Shown in pieces: positions 33,261 to 47,099 of a DNA stretch of 64,000 nt (its first letter is position 1; every line of letters begins with the position of its first letter). A model generated the notes under the pieces. It saw only the letters and a program-made list of their open reading frames with translations, made no database searches and was not told the DNA's origin. Source of the DNA: Macrostomum lignano (taxonomy: Eukaryota); the NCBI GenBank assembly GCA_002269645.1, contig NIVC01002662.1:87468-151467 (forward strand). Direction: 5' to 3'. Both the position numbers and the translations under genes were made by a program.

Positions 33261-33785
33261 GCTGGAGCGGTGCGGTGACCGACTGGCTCAGCTGATGAGC
33301 TGAACAGGGACTCCAGCAAACTGAATCTTTGATGCGAAGTCCCACATCCTCAAGACAAATAAAAGTTTAAGCTAAAAAGCTGTGTTGGTTTCATTCAGAA
33401 ACTCTCTTATTCAGGGGTTCTGTTAGTTTTTGCACTCGTGCTGTTTTTTGCGCCGTGTGCTTCAGAAAAAAAAAGAAATAAAAAATGCCTATGGTTGCAG
33501 ACAAACTTCCTCTTGAAAATTCATCAGCAATTGGTTAGAAATTTTCCGGATTTTTTCTGCTTGATTTTCAACACAAAAGAGATTCATTTCAGAATTATAT
33601 GGATTTCTGCTTTCATTGTATTTTTCTGTGGGCTTTTTCTTCTATAGGATTTGTGGAAGAGCGTCACACACACACACTGACAACTAAAGTGGAAAGTCGA
33701 TGCAAGAAGTTTTCTGTTTCTTTTGGCACATTAGCCGACCGACATCTCGTTTGTAAACTGTTGCCTCTCCAAGAGGAGTTTTAGA

Positions 33786-34148
33786 GGGGGGGCCGTAGCC
33801 CAGCGGTAGCGCAGCTGCTCTGGTGTGCCAGCGACCCAGGCTCGATTCCAAGTGCAGTCACATTAATTTGGGGCTGAATTGGAATCTCGCTTGGCTCTGC
33901 TTGTGCAATTAACGGCCTTGAGAGCCAACCCCCCAAGGCGCAGTGAAGTGTACATGCCTAACGATAATATAAAGTTAGGGCCGCTGTACACTCCTGTGTG
34001 AGTGTGTGCCTGCGTACGTATCCGCGCGCTTGTATGCCTGCTCAGGGGAGTCGGCGGAATGGGCAGTAATGCCTCTCGCCGGTTGTGTGCCTATGTCGCT
34101 TAAAGTGCGCCAGGGTGCACACAACCCCCCTGCCTCTAATAAAAAAAT
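33786..34148 (+). mobile_element. Full-length tRNA-derived SINE (family 1) with 15-bp TSD
   Basis: A box TAGCCCAGCGG, B box GGCTCGATTCC, A-rich tail; TSD AAGAGGAGTTTTAGA at 33771-33785 and 34149-34163; partial copies at 19051 and 59250. Confidence 0.88.
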
Positions 34149-34748
34149 AAGAGGAGTTTTAGACTAGTTAAAGAACATCCGCCCTTCATTGCACTTTCGT
34201 GTTCTTCCATGACTGTACAGTTTGTCCATGACTCCAGCAACTCTATGCTTGGTAAAAAAAAGTCTGAAAATTTTATTCAAACATTTTGCAACGCCTTCTT
34301 GGCGACATATCGTCTCACAACCAGCGCTGACAGCAGACAGCAGAGAGCTGTAGACAGAGGCGCGATCGAGTCCGATCGTAGCGGACCCTTGCACCATAAG
34401 CAACGTTGCAGTGCAGGTGCGGAAACAGTCCATGATGGTTAACAATGGATCAATACAGTTGCTCGCTTCCTGTGGGATTTTCGCTTGATTTCCTGTAGAT
34501 CGCCCATGCTTAACTCCCGTCAAATGTGTGTTGGCTAACTTTGAAATCAAAACATCCATGGTGTTTTGTTATTGTTTATTAGACGACTAATAAACAATAG
34601 AATAGAAAAGCTATTGTTCAGAACTATCTTCCTAGCACAGTCACAATCATCCTAGTTTGCCTGGAAATCGCTTCCGTGATTCCAACTGTAGAACTATAGA
34701 AGTTTGCTAGGCATTGAGCCGATGTTTAACGTGCACTCTGCGGCTATA

Positions 34749-37118
34749 TGTTGTAAAGTGAGTTTACTCACTGGTTTGTTTTGCTAGTCGGTGTTTGGGG
34801 GTCAAGGCATCCGATGTACATGCGCGCTCTGTTTGTATATGTACATGCGTTCTCGAGTAAATATAAGAATAGCTCCACCCTTTGGGTGAGGGTTAGAATT
34901 TTTTTTGTTTGTTGGACTAAACCTGACTGGCTTGTCTCTCGCTCACCACATTTTGGCGTCGCGCGGAGAAATCAATTGATTTGGGCCAGCGTGATTCAGC
35001 ACAAGTGCGAACTCTAAAATCTGCCAAGTCATGAGCAGCACAGAAGGTGCAAATGCAAGTGCAATGGGCGACCCACAGAGAGGGTCTCAACAAGCAGCAG
35101 CCCAACAGTCAAGCAGAGATACAGCCAACAGAATGAGTGTCAACATTTCGCCACCGCAGCCGTTTCTGCCAGCCGCTGGAGCACCGCTGATTGAATGGAA
35201 CCGATGGAAAGCAATGTTCAGCAACTACCTGCTAGCATCGGGAGCCATCGATCTGCCGGAGCAAAGAAAACAAGCGTTGCTCATCCACTGTTTGGGTGCA
35301 GAGGGACAAAACATCTACATGTCTCTACAAGCCAGCAGCAATCAGGAGGAAGGAGAGCAACCGCCATCAACAGTTAATGACACGCTGAAGCTCCTGGACA
35401 CGCACTTCGGACCCAAGGTCAACGCAGTTTCTGAGAGGCACAGATTCCGACAGAGAGCTCAGCGACCGGGCGAAAAGATCAGCGACTTCGTTGCCGCGCT
35501 GCGAAACCTGGCTTCGAACTGCGACTTCAAGACCTTCCAGGAGGAGATGCTGCGTGACCAGCTCGTCGAGAAAGTGCTCAGCAACCACATCAGGGAGCGA
35601 CTGCTTATGGAGCCGGAGCTGACCTTGGCGACAGCTGTGCAGTTGGCGGAGCGACTGGAAACTGGACTGCTGGAGGCCCAGGCCATCAAGGGAGGCAGCC
35701 ACACAGACCCAAGCAGCTCGTGGGGAGTCCAGCAGATCAGCAAGGCCAAGAAAAGTGGAGCGGCGGCAAGACAGCACGAGGCACTGAAGCCGACAACCAA
35801 CGGCCGGAGCTGCGGCTACTGTGGCTCAGCGGCGCATTTCGGTGGACAGACTTGCCCAGCAAAGGGGCAGAAGTGCAAGTCCTGCGGCAAGTGCGGGCAC
35901 TTCGCCAGAGTCTGCAGGAGCGGCAACCGAGTGCGACAGCTTCAGGATGAGTACTCCATCTGCACTGTGTCGACAGCTGCGGCAGCAAGCAAGCACTGCG
36001 AAGTGCTGCTAAACGGGAGGCCTGTCAAGCTGCTCGTTGACTCCGGTTCGCGAGTCTCCATCATCACCAAGACGACGTACAACAGACTTTTTCCAACGTG
36101 CCCCTGCAGGCGTCATCACGGAAGCTGGTCGCTTTCAACGGCAGCAAGATCGGCGTGCTTGGTGACATCCTGACCTCGGTGCAGCTCAAGGACAAAGTAG
36201 TGCCTTACGTCAACCTTAGCGTGGTCAATACCGGATCTGACATCCTGGGGTGCGACCTCATGGATCAGCTGGGACTGCGGATCGTCACTGCAGACGGTGA
36301 GCGAGTGCAGACAGTCGGCACCAGAGCCCTGCCTGACTGGATCCCAGGCCGGTTCGACCAGTTGACTCAGGGACTCGGACACATCAAAGGATTTCAGCAC
36401 AGGCCGCGAGTCAACCCCGCGGTGCAACCGACTGCTCAACCGTTGCGCAGAGTGCCGCTCAGCCTAAGGGATTCGGTTCAAAAGAAGTTCAAGTGGCTCA
36501 AAAGAACCCGACCGCCTCAATTAGGGTGCGGCGACCTGGTGCGAGTGCGATCTCCGCGGATGCGAGGCAAGCTGCAGAGCCACGTGTCACCACCTCTACG
36601 GGTCAACGACATCATCAGCCCGACGATCGTCAGGTTAGAGGACGGCTCAAGGTGGCACACCAGCCTCTGTATGCCTCATGCGGAGCCCGAGGGTGCCAGC
36701 ACGACTTCGGCAACGGCAATGCCGCCACAGCCGCCAGTGGCTGCAGAGCCGGCAGCGCCAGAAGGCCGACGGACCCGCCGCCGGAGACCGTTGAGGCCGA
36801 CGCGGAGCTGCGGCGCAGTGCGCGACTGCGGGCACCACCGTTGTGGTACGGCCAGGTCGTGACGCATTGATTGCCAGCTGTGAAGGGAATTAGTGACTGT
36901 TAAGGAGGAGGGTGAATGTTGTAAAGTGAGTATACTCACTGGTTTGTTTTGCTAGTCGGTGTTTGGGGGTCAAGGCATCCGATGTACATGCGCGCTCTGT
37001 TTGTATATGTACATGCGTTCTCGAGTAAATATAAGAATAGCTCCACCCTTCGGGTGAGGGTTAGAATTTTTTTTGTTTGTTGGACTAAACCTGACTGGCT
37101 TGTCTCTCGCTCACCACA
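34749..37118 (+). mobile_element. Internally deleted Ty3/Gypsy (Mag-like) LTR element, non-autonomous (2370 bp)
   Basis: 202-bp TG...CA LTRs at 34749-34950 and 36917-37118 with 2 differences seen; 5-bp TSD CTATA; PBS TGGCGTCGCG at 34954; PPT AAGGAGGAGGG before the 3' LTR. RT, RNase H and the IN core are absent. Confidence 0.93.
35031..36870 (+). pseudogene. Gag-protease-(deleted RT/RH/IN) polyprotein remnant
   Basis: Gag WNRWKAMFSNYL...ERHRFRQRAQRPGE, two zinc knuckles (CGYCGSAAHFGGQTC, CKSCGKCGHFARVC), protease LLVDSGSRVS. A 1-nt shift in the C run near 36102; sequence jumps at about 36480 from the pre-RT motif PLRRVPLSLRDSV to the integrase C-terminal tail GDLVRVR. Confidence 0.85.
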
Positions 37119-37639
37119 CTATACCCGAAAGATCTCATTTTTAAGACACGATCCTCCTGTGCGCTCCTCCAAATCTTATCTGATCATGGACTTCTCGCTG
37201 TGCAATTTGCAACTAAGTCAGAGTCAAATTTTCATGTCATAAACTAAATTAAAGTGGCTTAAACATTGGCATAAACGAGGGTGAAAATCTTACAACACCA
37301 TGATTCCACCTCAAAGTTGTAAAAGCAGCGTCGCAGGACATCCTGCAGCTCATCCCGGTTTTAGATGACGTAGATTGAAAGGGTCTTGACAACCGTCTGC
37401 TGTAACAATATCTGACTGCAGGGGCCAACTAATGCTTTTGTAATATGCATTTTTTTAAAGATATAATATCGTCTACATGTATGAAGTTAAAGAAATACAA
37501 TATATTATGCGACTGCAGTTGTCCGAATTAGACTACTCGTAAGTAAGCACTGCTGGCTACATTCCGATCAGTTAAACTACGAGCTGGTAAGAAATTTGGC
37601 AGAGCAGTTCATCAGCGGCTACCGAGTCACATAAGAGCG

Positions 37640-38360
37640 CTTGTCAACCATAAAAGAATCGCCATGTCAACCATAAAAAATCGACATGTCAAACATAAAA
37701 GAATCGATATGTCAAACATAAAAGAATCGACATGTCAAACATAAAAGAATGGATATGTCAAACATAAAAGAATCGATATGTCAAACATAAAAGAAGCGAC
37801 ATGTCAAACACAGAAGAAGCGTCATGTCAAACATAGAAGAAGTTACATTTCACCCATAAAAGAAGCGACGTGTCAACCATAAAAGGATCGCCATGTCAAC
37901 CATAAAAAATCGACATGTCAAACATAAAAGAATCGATATGTCAAACATAAAAGAAGCGACATGTCAACCTTGATAGAATCGACATGTCAAACATAAAAGA
38001 AGCGACATGTCAAACATAAAAGAATCGCCATGTCAACCATAAAATAATCGACATCTAAACCATAAAAGAAGCGACATGTCAACCTTGAAAGAATCGACAT
38101 GTCAAACATAAAAGAAGCGACATGTCAAACATAAAAGAAGCGACATGTCAATCGTCAAAGAAGCGACATGTCAAACATAAAAAAGGGTTATGTGAAACAT
38201 AAAAAACACGACATGTCGACCATAAAAAGGGTTATGTGAAGCATAAAAGACATGATATGTCAACCATAAAGGAATCGCCATGTAAACCATAAAAGAGGAT
38301 TATGTGAAACATAAAACACACGACATGTCAACCATAAAAGAAGCGCCCATTCAACCGTAA
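37640..38360. repeat. 23-bp minisatellite (about 30 degenerate copies)
   Basis: Unit CATGTCAAACATAAAAGAATCGA. Confidence 0.92.
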
Positions 38361-39390
38361 AGACTCATCGGAAATCGCAAAGATGTCAAAGCTGATGGGT
38401 GTGAATTGCTAAATTGTCAGGGCTGTTGGTGGAATTTCTAAGATTTCAAAGACTCAGAGAAATTGCCATGAAGTTCTTGGGCTCAGCGGACTCGATGCAA
38501 TGTCAAGGTTCATGGGGGGATTGCTGAATTGCTGTGGCGATCAATGCTCGTTAGAAATTGCTGAGATGTCAAGGCTAACGGGTGGAAGTGCTGAAATGCG
38601 TTGGCTCATCGGGGTTTCTCATCTGCTTTGAGCCAAAGCTCCTGGTAGACCTGATATCGTAGGCCAGATAGCTGTCTTTCAGGGTGGATGCTTTTTTCCT
38701 TTAAAAATCATTTTCCTGAGAGAATAACAATGGTGAGCACACAGGGAAAACTGGAAATGTAGGTTATTCAGATATTTTTTTCCTTTCTTTTGTTGCCTTC
38801 CCAACGGGGAGGCAGATTGCTAGGGAGCTTCACAAAACGCAACTGAGCTATCTGGTCTGCCTGAAGTCAGCGACAATGGCAAACAATAGTTTACTCAGCT
38901 CTTGAGCTGCTTTGATGCGAGACGTACGTCGAGAGTAAGACTGTATTTATGTTGATTGCTTTCTGTAGGATTTGTTTGCAATATCTATCCTGAGAAGGTC
39001 GGGACTCTGGGGGTAGCCACATTCACAGTCAACTGCGTTGTGTTTTCTATAACAAAGAAAGAATACAAAAGATACGAAAGCACCGACTTCGTCAGATCAG
39101 GTGACCCCTATTAACGAGCTGAAAACTACTATTGATAGCTACATTATTTATTTACTAGCTGCAGAAATTTATGATCTACATGTAGTCTTCTAAATGAAAT
39201 TCGTCCAGTCTAAAATAGAAGTCCGCGGCCCACCAAGTTACCGTGCAGTTGCTTTATGACATTGGATTTTTAATACCGTTGCAAATCAGTGAGTGCTTAT
39301 GGTACCTGATCATTCAGCTATTTCTCTAATGAATTTTCTCTCAAAGCTATAGTGCACTGAGAAGCATACATTGTGGAAATAAATTCACAC

Positions 39391-39530
39391 CGCGCTCACA
39401 ACTCACGACTGAAAGGTCGGGGCTTCGATTCTCAACCCAATCGGAACAATTTGTGTCCTTGACAGCAAGACACTTCACTCCGCATTTCTTCAGTTCACCT
39501 AGCCGTAAAATGGTACCAGTATTGGCTGAA
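39391..39530 (+). mobile_element. SINE family 2 fragment with CORE-like domain, followed by (GT)n at about 39536-39574
   Basis: B-box-like GGCTTCGATT, then TGTGTCCTTGACAGCAAGACACTTCACTCCGCATTTCTTCAGTTCACCTAGCCGTAAAATGG; homologous to 59700-59876 (minus strand). Confidence 0.65.
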
Positions 39531-39532
39531 TT

Positions 39533-39576
<44 letters not shown>

Positions 39577-40040
39577 CGAATTAAAGTCCACTGTGACTGA
39601 AACATAATTTGGGTAGCAACAGGAATGTCTCCCAGCTGAAATGCATTAATTAATGTAATGCATCATTTGCTAATGCAGTATACACATTCATTCCTAATGA
39701 TTACTTCTAATTCTGCAAAGTAACGCCCATTAGCTAATTGAGCGTTAGCAATTCAAACACTCGGTGGCGTTGAGTACTTGCTCCTGCAACTTTCGGTTGG
39801 TTACACGATGAGTTAGTAAACGTAAAGTCAGTTACACACTGACTTTGAGTGACTGTACCGGTAGGGCGAAAGCAATCTACCGAATTTAGTCATGCCTGTA
39901 GCGTCACAAATATTTTTAAGGCTTTTATTTTTAGTTAGATCAGGGCTGTGGGACTTCGCATCAAAGACGGTTTGATACGGTTTGCTTGAGTCAATGCTCA
40001 GCTCATCAACAGAGCCAGTCGGTCACTGCACGCCTCGAGC

Positions 40041-40781
40041 TCAGCCACGCACGAACAGAGTCCACTCGGGCCCGCTCAGGTGGCCAGGCGGGTACACGAA
40101 CTCCAGCAGGCGGCAGGCGAGCTCCTGTCGGGAGAAAACGGCGGCCCGGCAGTCGGCTCTGGCGCTGCACCGGAGCAGGCAGTCCTCGACGGACTGGGCA
40201 GCGACAGGCCAGACGGAGGTGGCACCGGATGTCACGGGAGGGCTGGACTGCTTCACTACCGTGTAGGTGTTGTTGTCCGAAACTGAAATTGGAGGTAGAT
40301 GCAGCTTCTCATTAGTAAACATGTTTTTAAACTGACTATAGGCACTGAGCTTTAGAAATCAGAACAGTACCTGGGTAGCTCAGTGAGAACACGGAGTTTC
40401 TGTTGGACCCGCCGCATTTCTGCACCGCGTTTCCTGGGCAATCCATGCTGCAGTCGGCTTCGCTCGCCAAGCCATGGGATCCGAAGGAGTTGCCGCAGTA
40501 GCACTCATCCCGTACTGCACCCCAAAGTACGAGAAGCTGCCGATCGAGCAGATGCTGCTGCACAGCTTGTGCGACATCATGCTCAAATAGACACTACCAG
40601 AAGGGTGATGGACACTGAACCCGCCGATCTTGCTGACTCCACTGAGCCCGTTCAGGTCTCTGGTGGACGGATTGTCTTTATAGCAGCCCAGGTAGGAGAA
40701 GCTGACGAGTCTGCAGGTGACGCAAGTCAGCAGGAATGCAGTGCAGAACAGAACGGAGAGAGTCGCTGCTGGGCGGAACAT
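40041..40781 (-). pseudogene. Secreted WSC + PAN protein, gene B (inverted paralog of A; one 1-nt frameshift, possibly a sequencing error)
   Basis: Exon 1 40781-40371, exon 2 40282-40041. Same signal peptide, intron position and 3' UTR as A. TAC GGG AT GAG TGC lacks 1 nt in the G run (40509-40511); otherwise open. Confidence 0.85.
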
Positions 40782-41994
40782 TTCTCCGCTAGGAGAGGAA
40801 CTTGAAGCACGAATTCGGCAGTTGTGAATTGCCAGGCAGATAAGAGCCAACAGACTTTTTAAGAGATACTCGTAGCGCATCGCTGTTCGACCAATCAGAG
40901 GTCCCAGGGTACAACCCTGCCAAGGTACAGCAAGCACAGGTTTTCTGGTAGTTGAATGCAATTCAAATTCACAAATTCGAAACAAGTCGAAATCAGGCTA
41001 TTTAATTCAGATTTTTTCACTGCGCTATAAAAGCGCTTTGCATCCAGCAAAATTTGAGGGATTTTCGAGACTGTCTATGGTAAAATCCCATTTACTCCAA
41101 TGTATTCAGTCGGTTTCACGGCCCTCTCAAAATGTCTATGGCAAAGTCAGAAGAGAGTGGGGTCAAGGGGGCGCTGAGCGCCTTGCGGGAGTGTTGGGGA
41201 GGAACTTCCACATTTGCACACCAGCACTCTAGACAAAGAAAGAAAGAATGAAATCTAAAAAATTGTCTATGGCCAAAACTCCTTATTCTTCGAATTCAAA
41301 AAATCGTAACTGATCCTAAGCATTTATTAAGAAACTTTTTTCTTGCAAGAAAGCGAGAATTTCTTGCCTTTTTGAATAAGAAAATTACTTTTCTCGCGAG
41401 AATTTCTTCTGAAGATTTTCTTATGAGATTTTGAGACAAAAAAATATTGCTAAGAAAATCTGTGAAGAAAAAGATTTTCTCGCTCTCGTATGAATAAAAT
41501 CACAATTTTCTCAAAGTCTGTGTAAAAACTAGAGTTTTTGACGAGCTTCTTCTTCTAAAGCTCAGAATTTCGATCACTGAATTTTTTTGCTTTAGATTTG
41601 AAATGTTTGCATTAATAAGGAAGCGCAAGGCGTATCAGCCACGACAGGCCTCTCCGCCTGGCGCACATACCAACAGCTGCATCGGTTTTCTGAGGAACAC
41701 GTGTCCTTCCTGGCAGAGAACTTTTTGCGGGAATCAACAGAGACCAGAGGTGGTGCTTTGTCTTCCAGTCGGGCGTTGCGAAAGAGACTGGCGTACATCA
41801 GAGCACAGTGAACCCAGTCTTATTTCTGTCTCTCGAGATTCCACCCAACCCTGCCCAGGTTGGCCCATAGACGACAATTTGCTTCATAAATTCTTGCGAG
41901 AAAGTCTTGCAAGCCAAGAAAACTTTATTCATGTCTTTTGCAGATTTTTTTAGCTTGAGAGAATTTCTACGCGCGAAAATCTCCCAATTCAATC

Positions 41995-42310
41995 CAAGCC
42001 CCCACTTGTCCCTTCTGTGGCATAGGAGAGGAGACTACGGAGCATCACGTCACCTTCTGCCCTTACTTCAATAAGGCGAGACACAAATACGTCGGCCACC
42101 CCAAGTGGATGAACGAGCTGACCATCCCGGACAACATCCGTGACCTTCGCGCTTTCGTCCGAGATACCGGCCGGATGTGGGTCGCTGATGTCTCCCCTGC
42201 AAACCTGTTTACTACTGGTGTGAGCTGGGCGCACCCCCGAGGTTGAACCTTGGTTCCTTTATCTTGGGGTTGCGATAGGAGCCTCGCAACCTAGGCTTGC
42301 TTATCTATCA
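41995..42310 (+). mobile_element. 5'-truncated 3' end of a non-LTR retrotransposon (I/R1/Loa-like)
   Basis: Frame at 42001 reads [21 protein letters not shown]...[10 protein letters not shown]: the C-terminal CCHC finger and L..F...TGR motif of LINE ORF2. Confidence 0.65.
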
Positions 42311-42737
42311 GTCAGAAACAACTCGCCTGTTGTCTATGGTCCAGCCTACCTTGATTTTATAGCACTTTTGTCTGTCTGTTTTTCAACGATTTTCAGGACG
42401 TGCTGCTTCTAGTCAGTAGCTACGTAAGATTTTTAGTCTCATTTTAAAAACATTTGTACACAGCAGTGTACTGCCTTGGTTCGCTCTTGGGTACTAATTG
42501 TCTAAGATGGAAACTCCATCAACTTTCTTAAACTTAAGACACTTTTGGAAACGCTTGGCCTGTGTACGATGGAATTCTACACGTCTGCTGCTCTATTGTC
42601 TGAAAAGAAATGTCAATAACATGAGAGACCGTCTACTGTATAGTAGCTAGAAAGGAATTTTCGTGAAGAAAATCTTACAATTTGTAGAGAATGGCAGTGC
42701 ACTCTTATAAAGATAGCACTTAGTTTCGTATAAACTA

Positions 42738-43026
<289 letters not shown>

Positions 43027-43056
43027 TATTTATATATATATAAGGACGCAAAGATA

Positions 43057-44975
43057 TTATGGTGGGCGTCTTGCGCGCAGACGCTCGGTTGGCTGATGTA
43101 GCAAGGTTAGCGCCAGCGGGTTTTGCTCCCCTCTGCCGTAGCTGCGGAGGCAGTGGCCGATGAGCATTAGCCGGCGCCGCTGGAGAGTGGCACTGAGCTG
43201 AGGCACACGGGCTCTCGCCATCAGCTGGTCCGTCGGCAGCCGCTCTGGGTAATGGATGCCAAGGGCGAACCGCAGCAGCGATCGGTAGGCAGCGTCCAGG
43301 GCTCGGGACCTCGAGTCGGTCATTGGCACTGCCTCCAGTCCGTACAGGAAGATTGGCTCTACGGCAGCGCGGAACAGGCGCATCTTCAGGTCGTCGTTGG
43401 CAGCTGAGCTGAAGACCTCCCTGAGGAGATGAGCCGCGCGCCAGGCCTGTGACCTCCGGTCGGCGATGATGGAGTCAGGGCTCATCACGAAGGAGCCCAG
43501 GTACCGGAAGTCTCTGCAGGCTGAAATGACTTGTCCATCTGGTAGGGTCAGGGTTGGTGCTGCATCGGTGCCCACGTGCAGCACCTTCGTCTTGCGTGCG
43601 TTGATTTGCAGTCCGACTCGGGCGCTCTCCTCATAGAGTCTCGAGAGCGCTCTCTGGGCGGCAGTCGGACTGCGGCACAGCAGGGCAATGTCGTCGGCGT
43701 ATGCGAGGGCGGGCAGAGGGGCAGCACCGCGGCGGGAGCTCCGGCGTGACGCCAGCAGGTAGCTGTCCTCCTCTGTGAGGCTTCGGCGCAGCACGTAGTC
43801 GACGACAAGGATGAAGAGCAGTGGAGCCAACGTGTCACCTTGGAGGACTCCAGAGCTGGTGCAGAAGTCCTCAGTTGGGCCATCGCTGGTTTGGACAAAG
43901 GCTTTGCTGTTGTTGTAGAGGTCCATCACTGCAACGATAAGAGCCGGAGGGACGCCATAGTGTTCGAGCAGCCACGCGATCGCGCGCCGGCACACTGAGT
44001 CAAAAGCTTTGCGGAAGTCCACAAAGACAATTGACACAGCTCTTTGGTGAGTTTTACAGGCCTCGACGACTGCTCGAAGGGCTGCAATCTGCTCTGTTGT
44101 CGAGCGACCGGGCCTGAAGCCACTTTGGAGGCTCAGGATCATTTGGTTGAGGCCAGGCAGCAGTCGATTACGCAGTATAGCATTGAGCAGCTTAGCCAGA
44201 GTGCATTCCAGAGCGATGCCGCGTTGGTTGTCCAGACTGGTGGATGCGCCCTTCTTGGGGATGGAGACGATCTTAGAGGTGCGCCAGCTGTCAGCAGCAG
44301 TAGCACCTGGGTTGCCTCCAAGCGGACAGTGCTTGTTGAGCACAGCTGTGATGTCCTGTGTCAGCTCTGGCAGCTTGAGCACCCTGGGTGGAATGCCATC
44401 TACTCCGGCGGCAGCGTCGGGGCGCATGGTTCTGAGCACTCGGTTCACCTCGTAGGCAGTCAGCGGGCCGGAGTTAAAAGCCGAGGGCTCGGCCGGGGTA
44501 AAGTTTTCGATCGGTAGCAAATCAGCAGAGGGTGGTGAGGCGTTGAGCACATTGTGATAGTGAGTGGCCAGCAGGGCTTTGCGATGGTGTATAGACTCAG
44601 CACCTACAGCGGCATTTGGCCTCTGCTTCCTGCCAGTCAGGCGGTTGATGGTGCGCCAGGCCGCTGTGTGCCGGCAGTTGTCTGTTGCTAGTTGAATCTC
44701 AGCAACAGCCTCCTGGACAAAGGCTTCGGTCCTCCGGGCGTGCGTGTCGCGAAGATGGGCCCAGGCTGTTTCAGCCTGCTCACTGTCTTGGCCAAAGATT
44801 GCGGTTGTTCTTTGCACGTCGCGCCTAGCGATGGAGATCTCCTCGTCGGAGTCCCAGGCGGCTTTTGGCTGGTGCGGTGTTCGTTTTGGTAGGGTCGAGG
44901 CAGCTTTCTCAACAGCTCTGGTGAAGGCGTCCTCCGATTCATTCAGGGCCGGAGTAGCATTTTGCAGCTTTTCAA
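43057..44975 (-). mobile_element. RTE-clade LINE fragment: reverse transcriptase domain, truncated at both ends
   Basis: Uninterrupted frame from about 44975 to 43057 with QSGFRPGRST, FVDFRKAFDSV, GVLQGDTLAP, LAYADD, FRYLGS, LRRRLMLIGHC-type motifs. No endonuclease domain; the normal C-terminus and 3' tail are missing. Confidence 0.92.
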
Positions 44976-45060
44976 TGAACTAAGCTCATTTTCATTGTTC
45001 TCATGTTCATTGAAATGAGCTTTTCAATGAACAATGAACTTTTCAATGAACTTTCAATGA

Positions 45061-45529
<469 letters not shown>

Positions 45530-45713
45530 TTGTTTTTGACAATCTAAATGATCATTTGGACATTCAAAATGAGAAACGCATACAGCGAGCTGCAGCAGCC
45601 ATTGGCCATTCGAGTGTTTCTCATTTTGAATTTTGAATCTCCGTTGCATTGGCAAACGCATTTTGGATTAAATTCAATGCACGAAAGCCCAAATGCGCTG
45701 CAAAAAGCTATAC

Positions 45714-45744
<31 letters not shown>

Positions 45745-46318
45745 GCAGAAAACAAGGAGTGCGTCAGGTGTCCATTAATTAGCAAAAGATTGCTTACTGA
45801 GCTGGAAAAATCTCTCCCAATTCACAGAGCCACTTAGTTGCTAATCAACAGTAAGGCCCCCGAATAGCTTTGCAGCTCCGCGTTGTCAAGAAACTCACAG
45901 ATTAATAATTAATTACTTCCAACGTTCCAAAGCTAGGCAAGCACAATAGCTTTCAGGAGAAGGCTCCGCCAGCTAGTTGGGTAAAAATGGCAGCGGGCAG
46001 GGATGCCCAAGGGATTCTAGGACGGCTTTGTTTAACTATGCTTTACAAGGCAGTACACTTTTGGCACTGAAAAAGATGCATATTTTGAAGAGTATTGCTT
46101 GCGATAGCTGGTTGAAGCTTGTCACGCACTGTGTATTTCCTTCTTTCATGTTGCTTAAAACCGAATATGAAGTTAGCAAGTTAATTATTACATTTTTTTC
46201 TTTAAAAAACTCCCAATGAAGTAGTTTAGACAAATTTTCAAATTCTTTCAAAATATTTTGTCCAGTCTAGAAGCCTTAGGAGCTGAATTATTCCAACGCT
46301 GAATGCTGGACAGCGAGC

Positions 46319-47051
46319 TCAGCCGCGCACGAAGAAGTCTCCATCGGTGCTGCTCAGACTGGCAGGCGGGTAGGCGAACCTCAGCAGGTGGCACAGGCGC
46401 TGCTGGCCAGAGAAAATCACAGCCTGGCAGTCAGCTGAGGCCTCGCACATCATCAAGCACTCGGCCTTGATTTTGGCAGCGCTGGTCCAGTAGGTGCTCT
46501 GGGTGGACTCCACCGTCTGATTGGGCATCTGCGTCTGCTCAAAATACTTTCTATCTGAAAGTGTAGAAAATTTCTGTTAGAGTTGATCATAAATTCTACT
46601 TAAAGACGCTTAAAACATAGAGGTAAAATCAGAACTGCTCACACTGAGCTCACTCACCCGGGTAGGTTAGGGCGAAGACTGAGTTTCGCCACGAGGCTCC
46701 GCACATTTGAGCTCCGTTTCCACCGCAGACGCCGTTGCAGTCGGTCTCGTTTGCAGTTCCGAGAGACCCGTAGGAGCTGCCGCAGAAACAATGATAATTG
46801 GCCTGCACACTGAAGTACGGGAAGCCGCCCAGAGAGCAGACGCTGCTGCAGAGCTCGTGTGTCATATTAAGGCTGCTCAGCGTGAAGCTTTCGATGCTGA
46901 ACTGACCGATTCTGCTCACTCCAGTGAGTCCTCTCAGATCTCTGGTCTCATTGTCCACATAGCAGCCAATGTAGGACACCTGAGTTGCCCTGCCAGAAAT
47001 GCTAACAACCAGAACAGCAAAGTTTGTAAAAAATGAAATCGTCTTGAGCAT
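46319..47051 (-). CDS. Secreted WSC + PAN protein, gene C (intact, 209 aa)
   Basis: Exon 1 47051-46658 (donor GTGAGT), exon 2 46554-46319 (acceptor tttcAG), phase 1. Signal peptide MLKTISFFTNFAVLVVSISG; WSC YIGCYVD...MTHELC...; PAN AECLMMCEASADCQAVIFS...LCHL. Confidence 0.88.
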
Positions 47052-47099
47052 TTTGGGCTTGGTGGAAGGGAGCTGCTAGGAAGTGTTTCCTCCTAGGGC

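Noticed and set aside
33786-33860. Possible tRNA gene
   Set aside because: It has A/B boxes but no closable cloverleaf; it continues into a SINE body with A tail and TSD.
41330-41990. Repeated TCTCGC/GCGAGA, TTCTTGC motifs suggesting a MITE
   Set aside because: I could not define matching TIRs or a TSD.
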